From: Tubulanus polymorphus
Taxonomy: Eukaryota > Animalia > Nemertea
DNA length: 64,000 nt
Direction of reading: 5' to 3'
Assembly (NCBI RefSeq): GCF_964204645.1
Contig: NC_134026.1
Span: forward strand, 8,207,950-8,271,949
Shown here in pieces: positions 35,901 through 49,800 of the stretch. The stretch's first letter is position 1; each line of letters opens with the position of its first letter. Below the pieces are notes generated by a model that made no database searches, was not told the origin of the DNA, and saw only the letters and a program-made list of their open reading frames with translations. The position numbers and the translations under genes were made by a program.

Positions 35901-37830
35901 AACGATTTCTTATTCGAACGAACAGACGCTTCGTTTTTATAGATTTTATATAGAAGCGCAAAATCAACGCTCGTCTTAATCTTAATTATATACCCTGTCA
36001 TTCGTGATCATTTACGTTAGTGTATATTGAATAATGAATAACGTTTTACGATAATTTCTTTTTTTTTCTTTAAAAACTCAAAGAGTACCCTGATTACTCC
36101 AATAACCCTGTTCACGATCATACGATGAATTGCGAGAAAGGCTGAACACGAATGATACCTTGCTTCTCCTCGGATCGGCCGGGTCATTTTAGTAAACCGC
36201 AATGAAATTTGTTATCAGTTCATTTCTACAGCTGCTCGGTCTGTTATGGTTAGCCTGATTATGATTTAAAAAAATAATGCACAGAGTAGATAGGCGGCCG
36301 ACCGGGTCAACAGAAAGGAAAAACAAGGTATCAATTTTCTAGCCTAAAATCATACTTTAAATTAATTTTTTATGAGTACCCTGATTAATCCAATTAATGA
36401 ATGAATGATTACACCCTGTTCACGATTCACGATTCTTTCGAATCCCCCCACCCGCCCCTAATTTTTAACCGCTCGTTTTTTCATTCATCGCAGTATTCAA
36501 CTTCGCGATATTCGTTTTTGTTCTATCATAATTTTACTCTCAGCTTGACGAAAGCCGTAGCGATGAATGCAACGTGCACGATATTATGCTTGAGTACACC
36601 TCAAATCGTGACGAAACATAACGAACAGCATAGCTGCGACAACTTAAGAGGCCATCCATTAAGTATGCATCGAAATCTAAATTAAGACATTTTTGAAAAA
36701 TTCTGAGAGGCTTTTACGTCAATGTTTAAGCCTCAGGGGCCGGTTCCGTAGTCATGGCTTAGACTTAAGACCAGTCTAAGACCATCTTAGTTCTATGGAA
36801 AAACTAACAAATTAAAAATTAAACAATGATATTGTTATGACTGCACGATAAAACCGTTTTTGAAAATGGCCCATAGAATTGGATAGAAACGTCAAATTAT
36901 CATTCAGTTTTTTTTTCATTATCTTGTGGGATTTCACTTCAATTATATCAGATAGTCACTTGTCTACGGAAACCAAAACGATTTGACGAGTTGTGCTACA
37001 AATTCTCATCCTCCCCGGGCAAGGGTTTCGTGCTGTGACCGACTCAAGCGATGCCATCAGGTTCGAATCCCTGCCGGGTGGGAAGCGAATTCTTTGTGTA
37101 CAGAAAATTTTTAGACTATGAATACTTAATGAATGGCCTCGTTCGATGTACATGAAATAAATATTCAACATTCAAGAGATTTAAGAAGAATCGATGTGAA
37201 TCCTAACAAAAAAAGAAACATGACCATATCATACGTATATAGTCAACATATTTGTTTTGATAGCTTGACATAAAAATTTCATTTTCACGATAACTTTCTC
37301 AAAATGACATTAATAATGATAGCAATGATAACAATAATAATAATTATTATTATTACTACCATCACTGCGCTAATATACAATATCATCAACAACATTTAAT
37401 ATGTAAATAATAATAATCTTTCGCACACGCATACGTATGGTAATTTACATTTTTAAAAAAGAAGAAAAAATAACATATTTCACGAGTCGACGACGACGAC
37501 GTTGCCTCAATATACAATGACTGTGTGAACGCCTTTTTTCTATTATTACCCTGTTGTCCAGTTGAGAACAATACTGTCTATACACCGATATAATAACATA
37601 TACGGACATAACCAAAAAGCACATGCCCACATTTCGTAATTGGTTCATTCCTTTTTTTTCGTTAAATAATGAAGCTCGAGAAGAGGTTTTTTGTTTGTAT
37701 GTTTGTGTATACAATATATCACATAATCGTCACGAACAGAGAGAGAGAGAGAGAGAGATAGAGAGAGAGAGAGTCAGTGAGAGAGATAAACGACAAAAAA
37801 CATCGGTGACTAATAGCGGTCGTTACGGAA
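32939..37830 (-). promoter_or_regulatory. Putative long 3'UTR of FGFRL1 with clustered miR-10 seed sites
   Basis: Runs from the stop codon (37831) to overlapping AATAAA signals on the minus strand (32939-32948) with a U-rich tract downstream; AT-rich and transposon-poor; 12 ACCCTG matches on + (CAGGGU in the mRNA). UTR extent is inferred, not transcript-supported. Confidence 0.6.
37738..37787. repeat. (AG)n microsatellite; also (TA)n at ~35614-35639
   Basis: Read directly from the sequence. Confidence 0.9.
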
Positions 37831-40800
37831 CTAGCATTCACCGTACATAGTGTGTTGAGGCGTTTGCATGTACATTCTCTGCATGTTCGACGAATTGTTG
37901 AAGTCCGACTGCGAATGCATGTCCGAATTGTAGTTTTTTAACATTCGTTCGGTGGTCGGCGCAGTGCCCGCGCCCGCGGCCGTGCCCGGCGCGTAGCGTT
38001 TCGCCGGCGTTTTCTGAGGTTTCCTCGTGCATTTTTGGCGCACAACGATTACGATGATTATTATTATAATGAGTAACGCGATCGGAATGCCAATGATTAA
38101 CGAATAGTTTGATATATCGTCCAACGGCGTCGAATTGTGAACCTTTTTCGTATGGCGGTCTAATGGCTTCGCGTTCGGATCTGAAAAAAACCGAAAAAAT
38201 TAGAAAAATAATGACGGTACTTCCAAGAATCACCGGCAAATACATGGGGTCAGTTGCTCTAAGGTTGGATAACCAGCGGATAACACAGTTACAATGCAAT
38301 TTCAATTATCACTATGTCAACTATCCGCTGGTTAACTCTAAACAATTTTTCAGCAACCGACCCCTGCATTTCATTTCCTTTAAAATGGTGTACAGATTAG
38401 GTTTATCAAACAAGATACTGCATAGCTAATTTAGATTCAATGAAAACATATGTTTCAAAAAAGCGTGAACATTATCCAAACAATAAGGATCTCGAGGGAT
38501 CGCCACAAAATGGCGCCTAGAAACTGGAAGCTTCTTTATTATCTCTGAGTTTCATTTATCTGGTATTATTCTGATCGTTAAACTATGATGAAACCGGCGA
38601 TATTTAGATAGTCCATTGGCAACGAAATGATTGACGGAAAAATCTGAATTAAATGTCGAACACATTACGGTTGAGTGGGGATGTGCTATTTCGATCGGGA
38701 AAGTGAAACTTGACTATAGGAAAGTCCTTGATCAAGATACGTTACGCACCGCATTAACGGGCGATTCTGTAAACAACATTATTGAACGTTAATGCACCCG
38801 TAACTAGATACGACGAATACTCTTAACGGCGTATATTTACCTGGCGTTACCACTAAATATGCTTCTTTGTAGTTATATCCGCGGTTATTAGCACCAAGAC
38901 ACACGTACATGCCGGCATCTTCCGCTCGTGCGTTGTGAATTGTCAGTTTATTTAAATAGGAGCCATCTTTGCGGAACCAGACCTCTCCCTTTTTCAGCAC
39001 GTGTAAAACCATGCCGTTCACTTCGATAGTTTGATTCGGCTGCGTGACGGGCATTTTACTGTCTAACTTTTTCAACCACTGAAACGGTTAGAGTATAGGA
39101 TGATGAATGATACAATCTATATAGGAGCCAGTTGCTCAAAAGTTAGCTTAAGATAACCGGTGGATAAATATCATAGTTAAAAGAACTTTTAATTGTCACT
39201 ATGTCAACTATCCACTGGTTAACTCTAAGCAACTTTTGACCAACTGGCCCCTGGTTGTACAGACAAACTATCAGAGGCTTCAGTTGAGATCTTTTTATAC
39301 CCAAAATATCATAAACTGACATGCAACCAGACCCACGACTAAAACAGAACCATAGTACAGTGGAACAAGTACCAGGTACTCCTCTCTATCAAAGGGGATT
39401 AAAAAAGCATCAAATTATTAAAATGGACTTTTTGAAGCCACTTTCCAAGACATAAGTTCTATCAGTTCCCAGTTTTCTCAACACCCAAATCCCGAATTCC
39501 AAGTGTAGAGTGCTATCTCAGCTTCTCGTTGAAGATTCAACCTTTTTAACATTTTCCGTTATAATCGAATCGTAGGAACTTTGTCCAACAAATGTATTAT
39601 TGTATAATAACATTCAGATTCACTTAATACACAAAACAAACAACACTTACCGTTATATGAGGAGCCACCTCGCTGCGAACCTTACATTGGAAGGAAGCCG
39701 TGTGACCGAACTGAACAGTAGTGTTCACGGGATGTGGTGGAATTAACTCCGGTTTCAACATTAGTTCGCGTTCTGTAAATATCATAAACATCGCATGTTA
39801 TATCGTATAAATATCTTAAGTGTATGTGCCAGTTTTTCTTAAATGTTACAAGAAGACCGAATAGCCGAAAACTAATGAAAATCACTACGACCTCATGGTA
39901 CAGAATTTCATATGAAAATCCTCTCTCGAGACCTCGGAGAATTATCGGAGCATTATCAAATCCGATAGTTAATCTTAGGTCCGTATAGTTTTTGATGGAC
40001 AAAAAACTAAAGCGATCACGGTCTTTTGAGCAACACAGGATCTCGAGAGAGTATAGGCTATATACACTTTATAACGCGTGTTGAAAAAAATAGCAATATA
40101 ATTCTGCAATACAAAATTACGAAATCTGCTAATTTCAAATTTTCATTAGAAACTACGTTTCAACTAGTCACTTCCGGCCACCATTCCATTTGACGATGGC
40201 TGGAAGTGACCAGTCGAAATGTCGTGGCTACTGGAAAATCGAAAATTCGAAATAAGCAGATTTCGAACTATTTCGTTTTATTAATCAAAGATTGACAAGG
40301 TTGAATAATAGTAAATAAGAATTTGAATGATCCGGTATCTGCAGCAAAATTTACAAAATCTCTGACGTTGCCCACACTCTCGACTTGAATGTCTCTTCGC
40401 TTCTTACGCGAGAACGGACATAATGGAGACGAGAATATTTTGAAATATCAAAGGTGATGCAACGCTCCAGAGGATGATGTCATCTTTTCCTCTGGCAGTC
40501 GTTGTTTCGTTCTCATCAATTTTCATTAATGTATTTTTATATGCTGATGTGTTTAATGCTCCCCGCGGTGGTAATTTATCCTAAATTATGCAAACACGAA
40601 TATGCTTATCGTTCCCATGGGCTGAATGAGCGATATTGTATTGCGTAATAGATCGTCGGAAAAAAATATCCTCGCTTATTAATCGTGAATTAAAATTCTT
40701 CCTCTTAGGCGGAAAAAAAATAGAATTCACCGCGAAATATATTCTACAAATCAATGAAGACTATTTGTTTTGTAAACTCGCAGAAAACGAAAATATTGTT

Positions 40801-43800
40801 CTTCATAGATAAGCTTATTCAAAAGTTTTTTATTCATTTATTTTATCAAATTGACATTGAAACTTTCGGACAGCAAGCTTTTTCGCGTCTAGCGCCAAGA
40901 CTTTGTGGAATAAATCAAATCTTTCCGATTTATGTCATCTCAATCTGGATCAGTTATAAAGACATCTCAAAACCACTTTGTTCTGTGACTATTACGATAA
41001 GATTTACCCACAGGGGCGCATATTGCTCTGTACTATAGGATCCTTGCGCGATATAAGAACAATTTATCATTCATTATTTCTATCAAATTTAACACAAGCC
41101 TGTGGCACGTAATTCCCGAATCTTACCTATTATTTTAAGCTCAAATGTGTAATTTACATATCCGACGCGGTTTTCGGCTCTGCACATATATTTGCCACTG
41201 TCCTCTTTATGCAAATTGGCCAACTCGAGCGTCCACTGGGACTTCTTGATTCCTTGCGTTTCTCTCCATTCTCCGTCGACCTGTTTGAACCAGGTTATTG
41301 TCGGCCGCGGTTTACCTTTCGCTTTGCATTTCAGCCGGATGTCGTTGCCGACTGGCCGTAGTATCGGCTCCCTCCGTAGCTTCTCCGGGTGTACGAACAA
41401 GGGCGCAACTAGATTTCGAGAAGAAATGGCCAATTAGAAAAATAAAAAGGCTTTTACACCACCCTCGATGACACCGAAATAGGTGCTGCCAATATTCGCA
41501 ATCGATTTAGGCACTACGATAGATAAATCAATCATAAACAGAATTGCGAAATCGACAAAACTGTCCAATACGTTCTATCATCAATTTCACAATGTAAACT
41601 AATGGAGTAGGTTTTTTTCCGCTTCTGTATATAAACCAAATTCAGCCATTTTGATGAAATCTTGAATTTCGCTGTTTTGCAATTGAATGATTCTAAGGAG
41701 GATAAACCGATCAAAGTGAAAATATTTCCGACATTTTTGAATCCACTGTTACGAAGATATAAAGAAAGAATTCATTTCATTAGGACATGAATATCTTATG
41801 AAAATAAAGAGATCAAACTGAAAAGTATGTTTTTGCAATTTTTGAATCCATGTGTACACATATAAAGAAAAGATCGATTCAGTTTGCACCTGAATGCAAG
41901 CCACAAACCACGGAAATTGTAGTCCAGTTTTTTATTGCTTTCTTTAGATTTTGTTAATAACAGATTAAATTCTATATCGAATTACGTTCCGTACGGCAGG
42001 GTCAATTTCCAAGGCAGATTCTCTCCGGGATCTCTCAACACGATCGAGATTACAACCGAAGGATCGGATCTCGATCGGAGGAAAGCAACCAGAAATCCCG
42101 GAGAGAAAAATCGTTTGTCAGCAATAAGAGTATCGGCTGATTTCGCGGAAGCTACACCGTTCGAAACTAGCAGCAAATTTGAAATCAATATGGCTGTTGA
42201 TGATTGGTTAGCGATGAAATATAGCTGATTGCCAATTTCGAGTTGCTACACGGAATTCACACCCGACGCATTCGTTCACCGGGGAACGCAGATACGGAAG
42301 GCTCCGAAGAGACCCGTGATTTGGAATTGAATTTCCTCCGCGCATTGATAGCGTATATAACTCGAGTTAACGCGGGCGAAAATTTGTTACTAGCTTTATG
42401 GTCGGGCTACACAGTGCGCAGAATTTATCAACTCGAAATTGAGCGGAATGAACTGAATACGAGGAATACCCTCGGTACAGGGAGCGAAATGATTATACAT
42501 AAACGTTCGAATCTCCTACCGAAAAAGACACGATTGAATGGGTACCCGCAAAACCAGCTATCCCACCAGATGGCGTGACGAGCAGTAGGTCGTCGGTTGT
42601 CAAAAGTGAACTGGATTTTTAGACTCCCCAATAGGTATATCATCACAGCACCCAGAGAAAAGTTCATTTCGATTTAATTGAAATGTAGAAGAAAACGAAG
42701 GCGGACGACCAACTTGCTACTAGCGAACCTGGCGGATCCTCGCCTGCCATGCGTGGAATCCTCGATTGACACAGCAGCACCCCTGCGGGTACCTCATTGA
42801 CTTGAGATGATGAATATCGATATGAATTTACACTTACTTCCCGGTGAATTTGAAAAGTTCGCCGTGGTATTTCCATCTGCAAAATAGAAAGACGAAAATT
42901 TAAAAAAAAAACGATGATATATTATTTCAGACGTGATATAGAATCTATTACGGGTAAGGGTTATACATGGTCGGATGTGACATTTTTGACAAGGCGAGCA
43001 TTTTGTTCGGCTTATCGTTGGGAAATGGAAGAGGATTTCTGATGTCCCTGAGGCAGTAATTAATTGACTTCATACGACAAGTGTGAGTGAAACAAATTGC
43101 TTTCTGATCAATTTCTGCCCAGTCGCAGTTGCTTATATACGGGTGGTATTTAAATGAGATCGGACGACGAGAAAGTAACGCTCTGACCGGTTTGTTGCAG
43201 CCGATTATCTGACCGCGGAGCAACAGTCAATTGTGCGCGCGCGATGGCCGTTCGGACCACGTAATTTCGAGTGACGTCTAGCAAGGAAGGATTACTAATA
43301 TCGCAGTTGATTTGAAGGCGCCGACTTTCGATACGAACTGGCGTGCCGAGTAATTCCGAACACGGCGTTTTGTGCGCATAACCTGAAATGTGTCGTTCCA
43401 AATCTCTTACTATTTCGATCATTTCTTTTCCGGTCGAAAAGACCTCATCATCCCGAAATATCATCATTTGCTCCACTAACCTACATTATCATTATTGTAT
43501 AAGAGAACCTTGTGGCCTTCTCTTCGTTATGTCATTATCGTCAAACTATTTGGTTTCCAGCATTTCAGATGATTCAGGTTTCATCATCTAGACGTGCCTT
43601 ATCGTTTTCTGAGAATCTGAAAGCGACCTCCGAAGCATTTTCAAAAACTTAAACCGACACCAAACCAAACCTACATTTCTATTTTTCTGTAAATCCGAAA
43701 CAAAATGGCGGCCTTTACGTAGTAAAGCGGCCTCCGAAGCATTTTCGAAAACCTTAAACAAGAAACCAAAGCTATATTTCTCTTTTTCTGTGAATTCGTA

Positions 43801-46800
43801 ACAAAACGGTATTTTTCATACTTATTCAGGAATCAGTGATCAAAGTAGAATTTTCTGATAATTCTGATAATTCGTATCACGGTATTTCTCGACGATAAGC
43901 AGGCCTCGGCAACCTTCGTTGCAGAAATTTTTCCAGTTTTTTTTCTCTCCCCGCGGACGATTTCAGTCGCATATGGCGCGGCATTAAAAATACTAACTCT
44001 CCCGACTAAAATTGTTACCAGACGAAAACATGAAACGATTTTCAGGACTTATATCAGTGCTGTTGAAAATCAACGTGTCAGTAGACTTCTGTGTTAATTC
44101 ATTCGGAGCTCTCTGTCAATCACAATCGGATGTATACACGTAACCCTGACTTTTTTTCGTGAGTCATTCCATGACCGAACGCTCTCGTATCCCACAGGAA
44201 AACTTGGGCAAATAACATGCATGAATTGTGCAGCGTTTGAGCTGTCATTGTGCGCGCGCGTGTGTGCGTTTATTGTGAATCATCTAATTAGAATATTTGC
44301 ATAAACATATCATATTATTATATCCCTCGATTACAGCCGACATGATTCTTTTCGCCGACCCCGAAAACCACTTTCCGCAGCGAAAGAGACGAACAATTCA
44401 AACAAAATATCTTATGTTTTATGTTTTTTCTTTTAAGCGCGGAATTTCTTCAATATGCTCGATCGGCCGGTCGGTCGATCGTTCATACCTCTTTTTGAGA
44501 TTTAGGATTGAGTCTATTAGAGTTTGAATTCTTAGAATAAAACTACAATATTCGATTCAGATGAGATCCGGATAAGAATATATACCCTACTGATTTCTCT
44601 TCGAACTGAATAAAACATTATTATCATTATCATAAAGTATATATATCTAATATCAAAATTCCTTAAGACTGTCTTTATGCCTTTTGCTAATATTCAAGCC
44701 AAGAAATATCAATATTCTGACGAAATACATAGTTATAAGGGTTTATTGAGAAGATAGTAGACCCTTAGCGACCAATGATTGAGAGTGTGGCAGGTAGCGA
44801 TTGATATTCGAAAATACTTTCGAATGCAAATATTGCGTTCATCATTACATCGAAATTATGTGCGAACTTTTATGACATAGCACGCTAAACAATACACAAG
44901 CACTATCATAATATTATATAAGCAAATATGCGTTATGTAATACAACCTTTACTGGTGGCGCACTGAGCAAATTTTTGTTCGGATTTTCCATAACAACAAT
45001 TATATCAAATATTGTTACGCAATGCGGCCGGGATGGAAAGGTATGGTTGTATTATATTTGTATTTATCCGGTCGAAGATCTAACAATATATATGAATATC
45101 ATTTCGTATATCGGTGCCATGATGCTCTCCGATTATTTACTTGTATTTGACAGACGTTATGTTTGTCTAATACATTAAATATTGATCGTTAGGTAAATAC
45201 GACGGAAATTTCTGCGAAAATCTACGCCAGCCATAGGCTATACCGCACGAAGACTAGATCCGTATACCCACGGACGAACGAGGCATTCGTCAGCCCGAGG
45301 GAATTTTGTCTTTACCGGAAATCATTTTGAGACAAACAAGTGCCTGATTTATCGCGAGACCGATCTAATATATTCAAAATATTCATCAAATATACAAAAA
45401 GCCCATCGGAATAAGATGGCGTAATTAAATTTTTCCTGATTTTTCAACGCGACCGCCGCGAATCGACCGAGTATCGATATTTCCTTCGGCGTTTCAGCGA
45501 GAGATGGAAAAATAGCTCTATCCAAGAATTGTTTCGAATTTAAAACTGTCGCGCGGTACAAAAACAGCCTCGGCACTCGTATTGAAGCTGACACATGTTA
45601 GTTAAACGAAGTTAGACTCATGAATACTGGTTGTTTTTAATGACCGCGTCGGGCGTTCTTCCTCCGCGCTGCGCAGCTTGACAGCTCCAATTCTAATGCG
45701 AGTCTAAAATCGTTAAAATTCTGTTCACGCCGGAATATTTTTCCCGGCAACGACGCGTAATGAAATTACCGAAGACTGGCTTTCAGAGATTACCTTGTTT
45801 CAATCTCTGGGCGGCGTATATAAGCGTATAGATCAATCGCTACCTCGGCGACTTGAAATTGAGTTCAGACGTTCTGACACGGGATCGACGCTGATTCATT
45901 CAAATTCGAAGTCCCCGCGAACGCGGCCGGTCATAACATTATGCGACATTTATTTAAAACGAACGACGCGGACGCCGCTCTAAATAAACCTAAAATAAAG
46001 GGATCCCGGTTGCTTCGTTATTTCCCGAGGGAGACGGCATAGCATATAGCAATCACGCCACAGTCAGTTGAGGTCTTCATGTAAAGGCTTTCTGGTTGAC
46101 TGACGACGTCAAAGTGATTAGAAGCGTTCGTCGATCATTGATTGGGTTTTTTTTCATAATCATGATAACATTTGAATAATTGGTTTACGGCAAAAATGCT
46201 TGTCACAGTGATAGGAAGCATAAATGGATTGCCCGTAAGGCATTCAGATCGAGTGAACCTCCGAGAGACTCTGAACTATGATTGAAAGCCACGGATATTT
46301 TGCTGATCGTGATTTCCAACGGTCGAAAATACGACTGCTGTTACTCGAACTTGTTACAGCCGCTGATGATGAACAACTTGAATCGAAAGCGTCTCTTGAA
46401 AAGTATGAGCAGCAATCACGCAATGGTTTTTGGCCCGTGCCAAAAGGAGCAATCGTTCACAAAGGTGCTAAATGGATCCGTGCCTGTCTAGCCCGAACAG
46501 AAAACGTCGTACCAGGCCCGGGCCAAATTACTCTGTATGAATTGCTACTCGTTCCGGAAGTGTCTCATTTTGTAAAAATATGGTGAACCCGCTCTCTGAT
46601 AAGGCGCAGGCCAAATTTTACTCGGGCCTGATCCGGGCCAAATTGTCTTCGAGTGATCGCGGCTATAGTGTTGCATAAGTATGATCTTGTAGTTTAGCAT
46701 AGAATGTACAAACTACATTATACGTCCGTGATCTCAGCAACACCGCAATATGTAACGGATTCTAAGCTCGTTATAAGAAATGTTTTGAGAAGAAAATTTG

Positions 46801-49800
46801 TAATTCACAAACAAATATATCAATGAATTGGTGCTTTCATTTACGCAAAAGAAATCTCGCTTCAAATCACCACCTTCATAAAGCATTATGTATCGAGTTC
46901 ATGCATTAAGGAGAGCTATTTTTCCTCTTCGGAAATGTTGTTGTTTCGGCCTCCAAAGCGTAAAGACGTATATGATTGCTTTTCGCTTTTTGCAACAGTA
47001 GTTCTCTGTGTGCGCTATTCTCCCATTACTAACTAGTTCGAAGCGGCAAATTATAATAAGGGGTATCCGCATAGCGCGGCGAATAAGCCGAATGAAATGC
47101 CAGCGTCGAGCAAGCTGCGTCGGCAACTGGGCCTCTGACCCCAACCATCACGAGAACTCGACGGTTAACTGTGTTTCAACAAACAAGAACATCGACTCCG
47201 GTGGGCAGGGATTGTGTAACCGACCGTGCTTCGCAGACATAAGGGATATCCGATTTACTAGAGGATGTAATTTTTTATCGTACCCGTCCAATATGATACG
47301 GCCGCCGCCGAGATAAGCGAGCTTTTAACAGGTAAAACGGTAAATCGGATCCCGTCTTATCAACTTATTGTGTTTTCTGCTCGACGCCGACCGGCATTTC
47401 AATCACGAAACATTTCAAACATTTTCGAATGAACGGCGCTCGAGCAAGAGCTGATCGTAGATTCGAATATCAACAAAGCAAGTATATTTGAAACGGACAA
47501 CGCCGTAACATGGCTATAGTTCCTATAGCGAATGGCCTGTGTGATGATATGAATCAAGAAAATTTGCCGGACGAAAAATCTGCTCTTCGCCCTTCGACAG
47601 TATGGAACCGAAACATTGTGTGTCGTTTCAAAAATTCGCTGTTATGGGGGAATTTCAGATAATCGTTTCCAATAAACATGTGAAAAAACAGATCGCCGAA
47701 AGTCCCTGCCAAAATGAATCAAATTTTCAAGGACAAAAGGACGCTACAACGTACGTAAACATATTTCAGAACTTTTGTTAATTAGTACAATGTGTTTCAT
47801 TCAAAGTTTTCAGCTATGAAAACGTCACCTAAACACAAATACTTAAAGATATCGCCATACTTGAAATTCTGGTTCATTCATTCACCAGTGAAATATGAAC
47901 ACGCACGAAGTTTTATACATAAAAAGAACGTTGGTTCTATAGAAATTCGATGAGATAATTTATTCGTTGACGAGTGATTGACATTGCGGGGTGTTTGTCA
48001 AAACGTAAAATGAGCAAGATGAGAAAAAGAAAAGCCAACTATGTGAGTCACCTTTGTTGTTCTTGTAAAGACCGTGCCCTACCAACAGGATCGTCAAACA
48101 AAACCGTAATTATATCTAGCTGTATGATTGACAGCAGGTATATAGGAAGTAAACAATAATAGCCGAGTATGTATACATTCTTGCCGTGACAAACTTTGCC
48201 CCTGAGTTCATATACCGTCTTCCATTATTAGCCATTTCCCGAAGATATAGTGTACACTTGCACGCCACGATGTTTGGATTTCGACAAAAGCCTTTGTCGC
48301 GATATCAAACACATGGCATTCGACCGGGACTGGAGACATTATAGGCCATCTATAGTTTCAATTACAAGCTCTTTTTGAATTCAATGCTAAAATCGTTTGA
48401 TCGCCCCCGACTTATTCATGTTCTATTTTCGGCGTCCTGGACCGCTTGAATACGCCAACATCAACGGCATTACAAGGGATTCTGCTCTTTCACAATTGCT
48501 GCCAAACCTCCGGTCCTCGTTCCGTTGAACCGTCCAACAAATAGAATAGAAGCGTCTTCAAACCGGCAGCAGAAATCTGGGTTTGCCTGTAGGCAGTCTG
48601 TGCGCGCACCGGGGCACAAAATGGCAAAGCTTATTCATTTCTGTTTGGAGGAAGAAGAAAAAACAACCCGAAATAAAAGGTTTTTCATCCGCATCGACGC
48701 TCTAAAAAATGCCAAATTTCTATTGACGGAGTTGCCGGGCATCTTTGTAAAACTACCTGCTCGGGAGGCCTCTTAACATATCATAAATCATCAATATAAA
48801 GTGAGTAATGACAGCGCGCACACTTCTCCTTCTGGGCTGCTATCAATAATGCCGAGCAAGTAGAGAGATACGGTTAGGGCTCCGTGCATTAGTTTAACTA
48901 TTGACTCTAAAACGTTACCATGGTTTAACTCGAGCACCGGGACTTCTCCAAGCGTTAGTAAGCGATGACCCGGTCAGAAAATAGGCCGTTCGGGGGCAGG
49001 TAGGCTCCCCGCTAGCGAACCAATTTGTATCTGGCTGCTAAAACTTCTGACAGGTTTTGCTAACACTGACGAACGCTCTTCTATCTTATGCGAAAACCCA
49101 TTAATCACTTGACACGTATATGAGTGAAAGATGGAATTATAATGTACAGGCTATCTTTATCAATACTTAACAACAACTAACAAGCATACGAGTAATAGCG
49201 TATATCAGCCATAATGATATCGTATATACAACTTGCATCTCAATACCGTTCTCATAACAACTTTATGAATACCTGTCCACTAAACAACACGCGTTAACCC
49301 TTTAAAGCCCGGGCCATCCTAGGAAACTAATCGAATGTGAGTGCGTGACGCACATCCCTATCACCTGCCTTCTATAATTTCCCAGAGAGGGAGTTTGTCA
49401 ACAACCAGTATGCTGGGCAGGATACAGAATCTACATCCCGGAGGAATCAGGCCCGATTCCCGTCCGCCTTCATACTTGGCGTCGACTCAAAAGGTGCCTT
49501 GGGCTGTAAAGAGTTAAACGAGCGCTCGTTTCTGCGCGATTCATGCTTCTCAACGCAGAAACTGTCGAGCACTAAAAACAAACCCTCAAGTTCGTTCCCT
49601 TCTCTAGACGCATGAAAGAAACACAACCCTTATACCATTTACGGTTTCTACGCGTTTAGATATGGATCGACCTTTTTGTTACGTATATGCATCAATCTCA
49701 ACGGCACCGTTCTCTTTTTTCCGCTAGGCGAGTTAGAAAAAAATCGATCGTCTTTTTTTGAGTTGAATTTATCTTGATAGCACCACCACCGCGTGGCATT

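Noticed and set aside
34083-37725. miR-2/K-box (ATCACA) site cluster in the FGFRL1 UTR
   Set aside because: About five AT-rich 6-7mers, not convincingly above background for this composition.
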